A stretch of DNA of 62,590 nucleotides, the filler included, from Stramenopiles sp. TOSAG23-3 (Eukaryota): assembly GCA_900128585.1 (NCBI GenBank). It is 37 parts of 37 records of this genome, joined end to end, with 100 filler letters (N's around TTAATTAATTAA, not from the genome) between each part and the next. Parts side by side here need not be neighbours in the genome. Positions count along the whole stretch, not along the records: positions 45,848 to 47,434 come from LT645653.1; positions 47,535 to 49,121 come from LT645654.1; positions 49,222 to 50,807 come from LT645655.1; positions 50,908 to 52,493 come from LT645656.1; positions 52,594 to 54,177 come from LT645657.1; positions 54,278 to 55,860 come from LT645658.1; positions 55,961 to 57,543 come from LT645659.1; positions 57,644 to 59,226 come from LT645660.1; 29 more parts are not named here. One strand, written 5' to 3'. The position numbers were made by a program, and so were the translations under genes. Positions 46,406-58,280 of the stretch are shown piece by piece. The first letter of the stretch is position 1, and every line of letters starts with the position of its first letter. Under the pieces are notes generated by a model. The model was not told where the DNA came from. It was given only the letters and a program-made list of their open reading frames with translations, and searched no databases.

Positions 46406-47071
46406 TCAGTAGTAACTTTCATCCTCTTCATTCGCTTCATAATTTGGGTACTCATCAAAGTAAAATATCTGATGCAGTTGGTACGCAATGAACCCCAAGA
46501 CAGATATGTAAAAGAAAAAGATGAACTTCTGGTGAGTTGAGCTGGGGTTATCCAAATCGAGACGGGTCGTTTTGGTATTGTATTCGATCCCTTCGCCATT
46601 TTCTGGTAAACCCTCGAAACCAATATCCTGGTCGTCGTATCGTGGACTCCCTTGTGCCTCGAAGGCTAAGTCTGAGTATCTTTGTGGTTTTCTGCTGTTT
46701 TTTCCGCGTCTTCGAACGCCGCTCGTTGAGACAGACGCCTTTTTCGTTTTCTTAACCTGGTTAGCGGGTGCGCTCATGTCATCCACACGCTGTATCTTCG
46801 CTGCGATTTCCTCCAAGGCGTTCGCGTCCCCATTTTTCCCTAACTTCATCTCTTTCACCGCGTCTTGGATCCTAGCCAACTCGCTTGTCAATGCTATCAT
46901 TTGTTTTGCCAAGTCCTCTTTAACAGTCTTCATAGTCCCCAAAAGCGCAACCTTCTCCTCCTCGGTAAGCTCGGGCTTTTCGGCTTCCCCGACCACCTCC
47001 TCGGTGGTCGGTGGCTGCACGCCTGCTTCCTCCTGCTCTCCGTCCGACTCCACTGCCGTTATTTTCGGCAT
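46406..47071 (-). CDS. Coiled-coil protein with a C-terminal TM segment
   Basis: Complete 221-aa ORF with hydrophobic FIFFFYISVLGFIAY near the C-terminus. Confidence 0.7.
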   Translation of the reverse strand: MPKITAVESDGEQEEAGVQPPTTEEVVGEAEKPELTEEEKVALLGTMKTVKEDLAKQMIALTSELARIQDAVKEMKLGKNGDANALEEIAAKIQRVDDMSAPANQVKKTKKASVSTSGVRRRGKNSRKPQRYSDLAFEAQGSPRYDDQDIGFEGLPENGEGIEYNTKTTRLDLDNPSSTHQKFIFFFYISVLGFIAYQLHQIFYFDEYPNYEANEEDESYY

Positions 47072-48458
47072 CGTACTATTTATAAACTATTATCTCAATC
47101 TCTCCAAGAGCAATACAAGTGACTATGTAATGGCTTGAGACGCAAGAACTCGATTTCTCAAGTTATTAACATCCAACTGCTCCCTTTCCACACCACCCCC
47201 TTAACTAGATCAAGATCAATCTGATTTTTGTTTTCAATTAATAATAATTAAATAAAAATTACCGGCAGCAACAAACACAAATAATAAAATCAAAAAATCC
47301 TCCTGAAGAATGAAGAATGAATGTGAAAGGAGCCACTAACTCGGGGACGATGCTATTCCTCGTATATTAGCTAATGCTAGTCCGTACTATTATTATAGAA
47401 ATAAAAAATAATAATTAAAAAAAAAAAAAAAAAANNNNNNNNNNNNNNNNNNNNNNNNNNNNNNNNNNNNNNNNNNNNTTAATTAATTAANNNNNNNNNN
47501 NNNNNNNNNNNNNNNNNNNNNNNNNNNNNNNNNNCTTAACATAGAAATAACGCCCCCCCACTTTTTTTCATTTCTTCTTCCTTTCCTTCTTTTTTCAATA
47601 CTAAGGTAACCCATAACAAAAAAGAACAAAGAAGAACCAATTGAACAGTTGTATTTCAGGTTATACTATTTAAAACCAAAACCAAAACAACCTTTCACTT
47701 CTTCGTTGTTTAGTACTTCTTTTTGTTTAAGGCTTTTGTTTATCAATACGAAGGTAGAAACATACGATAAGAATGAAAGAGCTTCCTTTGATAGGTATTT
47801 TCAACGATTTTGTAGTAATTTCAATGGCCCTCCATACTAAATCCCTGCTGTTAAATATGATTTATTCGTTTCCCTTTCATTTGGGTCAATTTAATATATT
47901 GGGTGTATATTTATGTATTCACCCATTTCTTAAGTTGGTTTCATTTTCTCAAGAAGACAAAACATCAAAAGATGAAAGAAGGAATCAATCAAAAGAAGGT
48001 AATGCATGTAGATTGGGCCATGTATCATTTGGTCCCAAATGCTTTCTTTGTATCGGAATAATATTATACTGTTTTGAAGGATGCAGGTAATTATGTGCAT
48101 TATTTAGATAGAAGACCTTATATCAATCTCATAAATATGATTTTGAGATTTCTGATGGTATTTGTATGTTAAAAGAGATTAAAAGAAATTAAAAGAAAAA
48201 AAATTATTAAAAGAAATTAATAAAAGAAATTAATAGAAAAAATTAATAAAAGAAATTAAAAGAAATTGCCAAGTTTGTAAATTGATGTAGTTTTGTAAAC
48301 GTATTAGAATGATGAAAAGAAAGGTTGAGGAGTGAAACCAAGAAAGGAGTCTTTTGTGTTCTGAAAGTTCGTTCTTTGATACATTGTAAATAGGAACTGT
48401 TGGGATCTCCATTGTCTAGTTTAAAGGCACTGTAGAAATGTTCCAGAGACATTGCCAA

Positions 48459-49121
48459 ATGTCGCCACTATTTTGGCTAGTAGGGGCGACGCTCTTGGTG
48501 TGTGTGACAGCGGGGATAGACTTGTCTCCCCCGCCCCTGAACATTGCGTGCTCTACCTGCCGAACGAACACGTCGTTGACGTTTAAATGGACTCACGTAG
48601 ACCACGGTGTGGAGTCGTACGAGCTTGAGTACATGTACTGGGCGGAGCACGACAAGCTGAACGGGGAATCGGGAGAGGTGTGCGCCGCAAACTCACCGTG
48701 CGCGGACGACAAGTGGCACAAGTACCAATTCAGCTCGTGGAACGATCAAAGGACGAAGCAGCTTCCCGTGATTCAACCGACGATCGGTTGCTCGGTGTAC
48801 AACAAGCTCGAGTGCACGGGGGACCACGCGGCAGACCTGACGTCCTCGACGCTGTATGTTTTTCGTGTACGCGCCTGCACGGCCAGCGATTGCGGTGCCT
48901 ACAGCAGCGTGCTGACTGTGTCCACCGGGCAAAACGCCAAGGACATGCCGCAACAGACGTCCACGTTTTGCTCAGTAATCGGCGCGTGCCATGGTGTTGT
49001 CCCGCACTTGGCGTTAACGGGGCAGCAGGCCCTGCTGCACATGGAGAACGAGCTAGACACAAAAACGCTGACAAATTTCTTTCACCAAAATTCTGGGAAA
49101 GCTCTCACAGCCGTCGCGTCG
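48459..49121 (+). CDS. Secreted fibronectin type III domain protein (3' truncated)
   Basis: Signal MSPLFWLVGATLLVCVTAG, then TSLTFKW..YELEY...LTSSTLYVFRVRAC...GAYS. Confidence 0.8.
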
Positions 49122-49221
49122 NNNNNNNNNNNNNNNNNNNNNNNNNNNNNNNNNNNNNNNNNNNNTTAATTAATTAANNNNNNNNNNNNNNNNNNNNNNN
49201 NNNNNNNNNNNNNNNNNNNNN

Positions 49222-50281
49222 TACCGTCTCCGACGACAATCGATATATCCCCGGCGTCTCCCCCGGAAGCCGTCCCGGTTCCAATGCGAATTGATCCACT
49301 AGAGCCTCCAGAGGATGTTCCCGACAAAAACGCCAAATCACCGCTGACCCCATCAGCACCGGAGTTTGATGTTCGAATCATAATGTTACCACTTGAGGAT
49401 GCTGTACCAAGGCCTGAAAGCATGGATATATAACCCCCCGTTTGAGCAGAGTTTGATATGGTTGTCAGCAAGAGGTTTTCCTGAGTGGTCAGACTTTCCT
49501 GAGAAGAAGAATATGATGTCGAAGTGGTCTGCAATGACCGGTTTTTAGGCAATTCTGCGCAATCGATCGAATTGTTGTTGACGAAAATACCTCGCATAAA
49601 CTGGTCTGGCGGGCACTTTGCAACTGTCATATTGGGAAATTTCTCCGACGGACTGACCTGACTCGCACTAACCTGGCCGCATTGAACAGTATGGTTATTG
49701 AAGTAGATCCCAGACACGAAGCTCCCGGGGCTGGAGCAGGCTTGAACGTTTGTATCGCCTGTAGTTGTAGACAATGCAGCGCTGGAGCAATACTTAGGGC
49801 AGGTTTTCACGCACTTCACCGATCCGTCGCTTTTCACTTCCTGCAACGTCTCGTTGGCTGGACACGCAAACGTAAAAGAACCATGCGATCCAGCTGGAAG
49901 CGACCTGCAATTGACAGAGCGGTTTCCGACGAAAATTCCTTTCATGACCTGGTCTTTTGGGCATGCAGCAATCGTCATGGTCGGAAACGATCCGCCAGCC
50001 GTGGAATTCGTAATACTGGACACATTTTTAGCGTCGCCCGTGTCTTTCCAGACTTCCATGCCGATGTTCCCTATGGCGCCCAGGCAAACGAGCACCAAGA
50101 TAAAATTCAGGAGGCACCCGAGCGTATGTGGGTGCCCATGTTTAATTGCCCCACGAGACTTCATGTATTTATCAACCACTGTTTGTTCGTATGCTTTTCG
50201 GCTTGTGACAGGGACAACGCTGGCGCTGGACGGGGTTGTTCCCTTTTTGGCAGGCGGCAAGAAGTCCTCTCTAATCGGCAT
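49222..50281 (-). CDS. Type II membrane protein with Cys repeats and Gly/Ser-rich beta repeats (3' truncated)
   Basis: TM LGCLLNFILVLVCLGAIG, four CP..Q...GI......C-type units, then (S/G)G.I.I..G repeats. Confidence 0.7.
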
Positions 50282-50929
50282 GGTGTTTGAAAGAGTGTGG
50301 TGTGAGATTCAAACGCAGAATGCTGTACAAAAGAAAAGCGTACATCCGGTTGGCCAGCTTTTCTTCAAGCATTTTGTCTGTTAATATTTTCAAACTTACT
50401 GTAAGTATGAACTGTCACCGTGCGGCCATGGGTGCAACAACAAAGGTACTGATCGCCTCCAGCAATAGTGCTCTAATTCGTAAGAAGAGAAGAATCTTAT
50501 TAATGTTACAAAACAACAAGTTAAAAAAATAAAAAAATAGTCGGTCAGTCAGTGTAATAAGTACAGGTACCGGTAGTCAGTTCTAATAAAGAGCAACGAC
50601 GTTAGGCGGCACCAGCCAGCCGTGGACATGCAAATTTTCATTTAGTGACTGTTGTGTCGTTGTAAACTATCCCCCCCCCTTTCTTTCTGTCGATATACGT
50701 AATTAGTCTTCTTATGGGCGTCTTATTTAAATTCCAACCTGGAGTAATACCTAAATGTGCTAAAAATCAAATTTGGGAAGCAGGCGACAAAAATTGAAGC
50801 CTGGGGCNNNNNNNNNNNNNNNNNNNNNNNNNNNNNNNNNNNNNNNNNNNNTTAATTAATTAANNNNNNNNNNNNNNNNNNNNNNNNNNNNNNNNNNNNN
50901 NNNNNNNTATATACATAGGAATAGAATAG

Positions 50930-51627
50930 AAAGAGATCAACAAACTAAAAGAAGTCCAGTCCATCGGCAGGACGGATCTCTTTGTCAGCTGGCACGGCGA
51001 CACCCACTTTATTGCGGACGACAAGAAAATGGGGGGAAAGTGGAAGGATCGGTGCCCCACGTTTTTAAAGATCGTAGAGCGAATGAGGACGTACTTTGAC
51101 ATGGACATCAAAGCCACTCGCCTGAATTGGTACAAAGACTCCGCCCAGTGGAAGCCTTTCCATTTCGACGCCGCAGGGGTCAAGCCGAAGTTTGCCAAAA
51201 CGCAGAACTGCACGGTCGCGATAAGCATTGGCGCGGAAAGAGAGTGCGCATTTGAACATGCTGCTTCGGGGGCCATCGTGTCTGTCCCCCAGCCAAACGG
51301 TTGCTGCTATGCTTTCGGGCGGGATGTAAACCTGGAGTTCCGGCATGGCGTTCTACCGCAGAAAAAGTTTGAAAAGAAAGGCCGGATTTCAATCATAGCG
51401 TGGGGATGGGTGAAGCAGACCGCCGAAGGAACCGTAAGTACAGCATGCCTCCCTCCTTTCCTTTTTTCCCTTTCATCCCCAGACACACCTCAACTAACGA
51501 ACCACTGCAACGTTCAACTCTTCTTTTTCAGCGCCAGAAAAACAACAAAATTTTCAAGGCGCCTGCTGCTAATAGGGCAGGGGGCAGGGGTCCCCGGAAC
51601 GGCAACAAAGGAAATCAACGAGGTTGA
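50930..51627 (+). CDS. AlkB-like 2OG-Fe(II) dioxygenase; exons 50930-51433 and 51532-51627 (5' truncated)
   Basis: RLNWY..WKPFHFD (HxD), FRHGV and RISI motifs. Intron GTAAGT...ACTAAC...TTTCAG at 51434-51531. Confidence 0.85.
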
Positions 51628-52384
51628 CCGCACATTTTCCAAACACACACTTTTTGGCTTTAGTTTCCCCCCCCTTCCAGTTGTATCTCCTTTTTTCGAT
51701 AGTTTTGCAGCAAATACAAGGAATGCAAAAAACAAAACAACCTCCAACCAACCCAAAAACCAAGAACCAATTGTTTAAATGAAATGATGGAATGCTTCTT
51801 TCCTTCTTACCTCGTTAATAGTAACCGTAAGAAGATATTTTTATTTTTATGTTAAAATTGCCACCCTCGCTCGGCCTTCTTTTTTTTTAATCTTCTTTTG
51901 CCCATTTTCCTTTTTTGAAAATATAGTTATGTACATAAATAATAATATTTCAATAAGGGTCTAATAATATATAAAAATATTTGAATTAGTTAAATAGAAA
52001 ACATTTATTTTCCCACCACATTTTATTAATTTTGTTTATTAAGGAAATTATGTACATCATAAATTGTAGCATTAATCGAATTTGATGAATACAAAGTAAT
52101 AATATATACGCAGAACAATATATCCTTGAATCAAACACCTTAAGTGTTTCCTTCATTATTTGGTGGAGGGAGGGAGTTTTTTTTTTAATTAAAAAGATTT
52201 TTACTAATGGAATTGCATCTCTATCGAGTCCACAGATGATTTGAATGAAAGCGAACGGTTTGTCTTTTGCTTTGTTATCGTTTTATATCGTTTTCTGTCC
52301 TTCTCTTGTTCTTACCCAAGGGAAACGACGAAACGATTGATCGGTAGAGACTCTATTTAACACATAGTGCACACACATTTGTAC

Positions 52385-52493
52385 ATGGCGTCCGCATCGT
52401 CTTCGACGGGCTCTGGGAGCCAGTACACCGAGGAAGAGCTGGAAACGCTACGGAGGGAAGGCGAACATTTGCTGCGCGTAGGGGCAGAAGCAG
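52385..52493 (+). CDS. N-terminus of an unidentified protein
   Basis: ATG at the AT-to-GC transition; open to the contig end. Confidence 0.45.
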
Positions 52494-52829
52494 NNNNNNN
52501 NNNNNNNNNNNNNNNNNNNNNNNNNNNNNNNNNNNNNTTAATTAATTAANNNNNNNNNNNNNNNNNNNNNNNNNNNNNNNNNNNNNNNNNNNNTTGGGTT
52601 CTTGAACGGTTTTACCTTCTTTTTTCTTTTCTTTTTTGACTTAAAACATACTATATATATAATTTGTTTTTACGAAGTAGTAATTTAATTATTTACCTAC
52701 CATATCATAAAATAACGGCCTTTGTTAAAAAAAAACAAACAAAATGCATTAGTCAAAAATTATATTTTACCGTAAAGGTAATTAAAAACTGTATGCCCTC
52801 TCTGACTGTCTTCCACTATTTTTTGAGAA

Positions 52830-54177
52830 TCAAATTTTAGGAGGCGTAAGCCTACTGAAGTTTTTGAAGTTGTGCTTCGGGACTTCCACGCCGTCAGGCC
52901 TGGCATCATCCACCGTTTCCTCCGACACAATAAACTTTGCTCGCAAGTAGTGAGCTAAAGCTTGAATTTCAATTATTCGGCGCTCTGAGCTTCTTGTCGA
53001 AATCCACCGCTCATACTTTTCGACCAATTTAAAATGGCCAAGATCGTCCCCGACCAGTCGGTGGCATAGGTCAAGACCTTGCGCGGCCCAAAAGCTGAGA
53101 AGCTCTGGCCCTTTTTCGTCTCCGGGAGTTTCTTCAAAGACTTCTTTTAGCATTTCGTCGTAGTAATCTTCTTCTTGCTGGAACAGTAAATTCGCATTTT
53201 CAAAGTCTTTATCGGTAAAGTCCGCGTCCATGTCTTCGTCCTGCATTTCGCGGACTTTGCTGCGTTTGTGCTTCATCCCCTCCTTGTACGTCCTCCAACT
53301 GTCCATTAACAGCGATGTGACCTCTTGCTTCATTGTAACAGCATCGTCGTGCAACTTTTCTTCCTTGCCCGTGGTGTCTTTAAATGTGTGAAATAGCCCG
53401 GCTTCCAATCCAAAGGTTGCTGGCCTGCACCAGCGATGGCCAAGGTAGAACCTTTCTATACCCTCTACAGTAACAAAGAATCGACCGTCCGCTTGTTCCT
53501 TGTAATCCTCGATTCTGACTAGAAAACCTATATCGTCGCCACCAAACATCCCAAAGTTTTTGTTGTTCTTTATGCACCATTTTATCAAAAACCGGTACCG
53601 TGGCTCAAAAACGTGGACCTTTTTTTTCAATCCGGGGAAAACGTAAAAATTCTTCTCTACCTGAAACAACGGCAGGCAGCCCGCTTCGTTCAAATCATCG
53701 CGAACAAAGATGTCCTCCGAGTAATCCAAGCTTTCAATAACTTCTTGGAGCTTTTCTGGCTTTGTGTTCAGCTCGTTGTCGTCAAAATTCTCTTTGTGAC
53801 TAATGAACAGGTCGATCCCCGTGTCGTCGGCATCTACAGGTTCCCGAAACGCGGCAAATGACGTGGAACTTTGGAACATCGTCGAGCGCCCCGTCGAGAC
53901 TTCGCAGCTGCTTATCCCCCCGCTGCCGACCATACCAACCTGGGCAGCGGATGTGCCAACGATTGAATTCCACGTACGGGTGTCATGGTTTTCAATTCCG
54001 AAGAACGTCGCGGAATCCGGCCCGAGGGAACTAAACTGCATTACGCCCCTGATGTCGCCGGGCAAGGAGACGGCGCTCTCTTCCGAATATTTAACGACTG
54101 CCTTGCACGTGTTCATCGAGGCAATCCCCCCTCTCGGTTTTAAAGATCCGCATCATGGTGTGCGTCTCTTCGTCTTC
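52830..54177 (-). CDS. Lon N-terminal substrate-binding (PUA-like) domain protein, 5' truncated
   Basis: LPLF....VFPG....HVFEPRYRFLIKWC...FGM...DGRFFVTVEGIERF. Confidence 0.85.
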
Positions 54178-54277
54178 NNNNNNNNNNNNNNNNNNNNNNN
54201 NNNNNNNNNNNNNNNNNNNNNTTAATTAATTAANNNNNNNNNNNNNNNNNNNNNNNNNNNNNNNNNNNNNNNNNNNN

Positions 54278-54383
54278 AAGAAGAAGAAGAAGAAGAAGAA
54301 GAAGAAAGAAGAAGAAGAAGAAGAAGAAGAAGAAGAAAGAAGAAGAAGAAGAAGAAAGAAGAAGAAGAAGATGAAGAAGAAGA
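54278..54383. repeat. (GAA)n microsatellite
   Basis: Near-perfect GAA tandem at the contig start. Confidence 0.9.
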
Positions 54384-54764
54384 ACAACAACGACCATTCA
54401 CCATTCATAACCTTAACCTTAACCCTAAATTTTGCTGACACTACCGTACGTTGTACTTGGCACTGCTAGACACTACTATCAAATAATTATTAAAATTAAT
54501 AATATATATATTAAACTGTAGTATTATTTTACATTTTTTAAATCCTCCTCCTTCTTCACCTCTGTCGTCCATTGACAACTATAATTATACAAGAAAAAAA
54601 AGAAAAGAGAAAGGGCTTGTTTAAAAAAGATGGTGTACGGTGAAAGATTTAGAAGAGTGTATTCACGCGTGATTGTTCGTTTTGTGTATGCTGAGTGGAA
54701 GAAAGAAGAAAAACAACGTACACGTTCGCTTTTGGGCGACTGCTCAGTAGTATAGTATTCAACA

Positions 54765-55424
54765 ATGGACCGACAAAACCGTGTTGGGTCCAAGCCTGGG
54801 GCTGGGGGCGTGGCCTCGAACAGCGCCGCCAACCGAGCGAGGAAGCAGCGCTTGGCTGAACTTGCCATGGAGAGCTTTGATCTAGAGAAAGATCCTTACT
54901 TTATGAGAAATAGTGTAGGAACGTACGAGTGCCGGCTTTGCTTAACCGTTCACAAAACTGAATCCAACTACCTTGCCCACACCCAAGGGAAAAGGCACCA
55001 GACCAACCTGGCACGGCGTCTTCAGCGAGAAAGTGACCTGAAGAATGACGGGGAACGGAGATTGGCAGCGCAGCAATCGGCAGCGCCATTAGAAAAAGTA
55101 CCACGAATCGGGCAGCCCGGATACCGTGTGTCGAAAGGTTTTGACCCGGTCTCTGCGCAGCGTTATCTGTACTTCGAAATAGACTACCCCCTGATCGATA
55201 ACGGGCTTCAGCCTAGGCATAGATTTATGAGCTGTTACGAACAGAAAGTAGATCCGCCGGATGACAACTTTCAATACCTTTTGTTCGCGGCCCTTCCGTA
55301 CGAAACCATCGCCTTTAAAATTCCAAATATGCCTGTCGATAGAGACCGAGCGAAGTTTGTATCGAATTGGAACGAAGAGAAGCGGATGATGTCCTTGAAA
55401 ATTATGTTCGAAAAGGCTCAATAA
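54765..55424 (+). CDS. SF3A2: Splicing factor 3A subunit 2 (Prp11/SF3a66)
   Basis: MDRQNRVGSKPGAGG, KDPYFMRN..G.YECRLCLTVH...YLAHTQGKRHQ.NL, PRHRFMS.YEQ and PYETIAFKIP. Complete. Confidence 0.97.
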   Translation: MDRQNRVGSKPGAGGVASNSAANRARKQRLAELAMESFDLEKDPYFMRNSVGTYECRLCLTVHKTESNYLAHTQGKRHQTNLARRLQRESDLKNDGERRLAAQQSAAPLEKVPRIGQPGYRVSKGFDPVSAQRYLYFEIDYPLIDNGLQPRHRFMSCYEQKVDPPDDNFQYLLFAALPYETIAFKIPNMPVDRDRAKFVSNWNEEKRMMSLKIMFEKAQ

Positions 55425-56115
55425 CAGGGACGAAGCAAACGCTCTGTCAATAATTTGCGAATTTGGAATTGTTTTCGTTGCGGCATTCGTTCTGAAAGAG
55501 AAGGGGGAAGGGAAGGGGCAATAATGTTAAGAATTACGAGTAATTTTAGTTTGCTTCATCCATCATACTATCGAGCGACTTTCTCCTAATACAGCACGCG
55601 TTTAAAGCATTTCTTTTCGCACAACACGTGCCTTGGGCGATTGGCAAAAGACAAAAGACACTTTTTTTTTTTTTGCACAGTCTTCCCCTCTGCTGGGCAC
55701 GCACCAGCCGCGTTGTTCGCCCATGAAATGATTAAATCCACTTGTTGCATTTTGCGGCAAGAAACAGGGCAAGAGATAACAAAAGCATGACCACCAGCAG
55801 CGCAGCAAACAGTTGGTAACCTTCGTCCACGCCATTTCCTATGGAGACTTGGTTCAAAGGNNNNNNNNNNNNNNNNNNNNNNNNNNNNNNNNNNNNNNNN
55901 NNNNTTAATTAATTAANNNNNNNNNNNNNNNNNNNNNNNNNNNNNNNNNNNNNNNNNNNNAAGGCTTCCATGAGCAAACCATCGATGGCGCCGTAATCGC
56001 TTGCATTCGCGGCGTGCAACTGGAGACGAAAAAAAAAAGAAAAGACACGCGCACGCCGTTTTAAAGGCGCTCGCATTACCCGGTTTTAGTTGGAACAAAG
56101 CGCCGTGAAACCGCC

Positions 56116-56568
56116 ATGAAGTATTTTCCACTGTTTGTTTCGCAAGTCATCATGTTGGGGGTAGGCCTTGCTGCAGAGATTTCCCCGTCGTTGGGTGCAA
56201 TACTTGCTTCGGCTCCTACAGGGACACCATTGGCGTTGTGGTTGAGCACGGAAGGGAAATCGGGCGTTGATAAATACAAAGCGTTGTTAGAGTTCACCGA
56301 AGGGGCCATCAAAGGGACATTTTGTCTGATGGCGTTTGCCATTGCGGCAAGGGTGGTTGTGTTGCAGGCGGCATCGGCGTCGTTCATTGTTGCGCCCACG
56401 GCCGAGGGCACGAAAGGTATCGATCCCCCGCACAAACGCGCCCCGAGCATTTTCGTCATCCTTGCGTTATCGTACTTGGCCTATTTTGCGTTTTACTACG
56501 GGTTTGACAAAGTGTGTAAGTTTCAAAAGTACGACGACATGGTGCAGAAGGCAGCGGCGAAAATGTGA
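56116..56568 (+). CDS. Small multi-pass membrane protein
   Basis: Complete 150-aa ORF with three to four hydrophobic segments. Confidence 0.6.
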   Translation: MKYFPLFVSQVIMLGVGLAAEISPSLGAILASAPTGTPLALWLSTEGKSGVDKYKALLEFTEGAIKGTFCLMAFAIAARVVVLQAASASFIVAPTAEGTKGIDPPHKRAPSIFVILALSYLAYFAFYYGFDKVCKFQKYDDMVQKAAAKM

Positions 56569-56860
56569 AGGGGTTGGGGTAACATAGCAGCTCTTTGTAA
56601 AAAGTTCATACTTGGGGGTACATGGCGGGGCGGGAGTGTTCTTCTTATTGTTTTTTTTGACTTAGATAATTTTAACTTTTTGACCTTTCGTTCTTTGGTG
56701 TCTTTCACTTCTTCTTAATTTAAAACTCGCGCAAGCTTTCACCGCACTTTTGGTAATTGCAAAATACAAACCATCTCTCTGTTTTATATGTCTCGTAAAG
56801 CTCTATGATCACCACAGACAGCAGCAGGTTCACCATCATCAGTCTTCCCGACCTGTGGTT

Positions 56861-57541
56861 TCAAAGACTTCTTCCCCCATAATTCGGCGAATGCAAATCG
56901 TCCGAGTAGAGCAGCCTGCTGCTTGGGTCGGTGTTGTGGTGATAACTTGTGCCCGTCGTGTGATACTTTGATTCATGCATCAACCCTTCGGTGTGTGCCG
57001 CGCCCATGCCAATGACCCGCTCTTGGAAAGAGCTTTGAATGTTCCATGGGGGGCTGAATGGCCGGGACTGGACGGCGTTGCTGCTGCCTGCGAGGTGGGT
57101 GTTTGCGGCAGTGAACTCGTCGGCGTCCACCTCCAACGAGTCGGTCTCCTCAAACATGGACCCCGAGGCGCTGCTGGCGGTGCTGTTCCGGTTCCAGGAT
57201 CGCGCTGGCTTCTTCGTTTTTCCCGCAAAGGACTGGTACAGGGCAAACCCTGCAAGGACGACGACGAGGCCGGCGTACGTGAAGGGGGTGACGATGCTCT
57301 CGAACACGGCACTCCCCACGATCGTGGTCAACGGCAGGATGATGGCGTAGCTGATGTACCGCAAAACGGCACTCCCGTGCTTCGTCATGATCAGGCCGAC
57401 CATGTTGTACACAAAGTTGACCAGCGTGTACAGGGGGATCAGCAGCATAGGCGGGCCGAGCGGGCAGGATATCCCTTGCCCCGGACTCTCCGGGTGCGGG
57501 CTCATGTGGGGGACGCACCGGCAATCGTCCTGCAGCCCCCC
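56861..57541 (-). CDS. CRT-like (chloroquine-resistance transporter family, DMT) protein, C-terminal fragment
   Basis: YTLVNFVYNMVGLIMTKHGSAVLRYISYAIILPL...GLVVVLAGFALY, preceded by a Cys-containing loop. Confidence 0.75.
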   Translation of the reverse strand, partial: GGLQDDCRCVPHMSPHPESPGQGISCPLGPPMLLIPLYTLVNFVYNMVGLIMTKHGSAVLRYISYAIILPLTTIVGSAVFESIVTPFTYAGLVVVLAGFALYQSFAGKTKKPARSWNRNSTASSASGSMFEETDSLEVDADEFTAANTHLAGSSNAVQSRPFSPPWNIQSSFQERVIGMGAAHTEGLMHESKYHTTGTSYHHNTDPSSRLLYSDDLHSPNYGGRSL

Positions 57542-57643
57542 ATNNNNNNNNNNNNNNNNNNNNNNNNNNNNNNNNNNNNNNNNNNNNTTAATTAATTAAN
57601 NNNNNNNNNNNNNNNNNNNNNNNNNNNNNNNNNNNNNNNNNNN

Positions 57644-58012
57644 ACGACCTCATGGACCCTTCCAAATTGGTACCCTGAAGGTTGGGCCCGAAAAAAAGAG
57701 GGTGACGAAATGCCGGAAGAAGCCGACGAAGATTTGCTTCCCGGGTGGAATGTGTCCGTTACGGAAAACGACCAAATCTTTTATTGGCATGATGATAACG
57801 TTTCAACAAGCTGGGATAAACCCGACTGGATCCCGGAGGGCTGGGTGATGCAACATAGATATTTCGTTGGTCAAGCGCCCGTTACTGAGCTACCAATGGG
57901 GTGGTCAGCGGTCGAAACGGAAGATGAAAACCATGTATATTACTTTAACGAGCGGACGCACGAAACATGCTGGGAGTTGCCAACGCGGCAGCAAGACCTT
58001 CACATGATATGA
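57644..58012 (+). CDS. Multi-WW-domain protein, C-terminal fragment
   Basis: TSWTLP, LPGW..IFYW...TSWDKP and LPMGW..VYYFNERTHETCWELP. Confidence 0.85.
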   Translation, partial: TTSWTLPNWYPEGWARKKEGDEMPEEADEDLLPGWNVSVTENDQIFYWHDDNVSTSWDKPDWIPEGWVMQHRYFVGQAPVTELPMGWSAVETEDENHVYYFNERTHETCWELPTRQQDLHMI

Positions 58013-58160
58013 AGTGATGTTTAGAAGAGAGCAAGTTTCCCACAAGTTATGATAAAAGAAAAAGACACCTATGATATAATTCATTTGTTTTTAAAGAACC
58101 TAATTCAGTTTATCTAAATTGTGTAATTTAAAAATCTGACAGTTGAAAATTTTAAAATTT

Positions 58161-58194
58161 ACTTAAATGAACAACCAATTTTCTTGTTTTAAAA
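58161..58194 (-). repeat. Dispersed AT-rich repeat, reverse head fragment
   Basis: Reverse complement ttttaaaacaagaaaattggttgttcatttaagt matches the head of copies A-D. Confidence 0.6.
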
Positions 58195-58280
58195 TTGACA
58201 TTTGTTTTATTCTAGAGCTCTCGAATTTTTCGTGCACTTTGCATTTTTTAAGTTTGTCCGGGAACAGATTTTTCCCCACC

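Noticed and set aside
54407-54430. Telomere-like taaccttaaccttaaccctaaa (and the 7-mer repeat at 15481-15540)
   Set aside because: Too short and degenerate, and it lies inside simple-sequence DNA.
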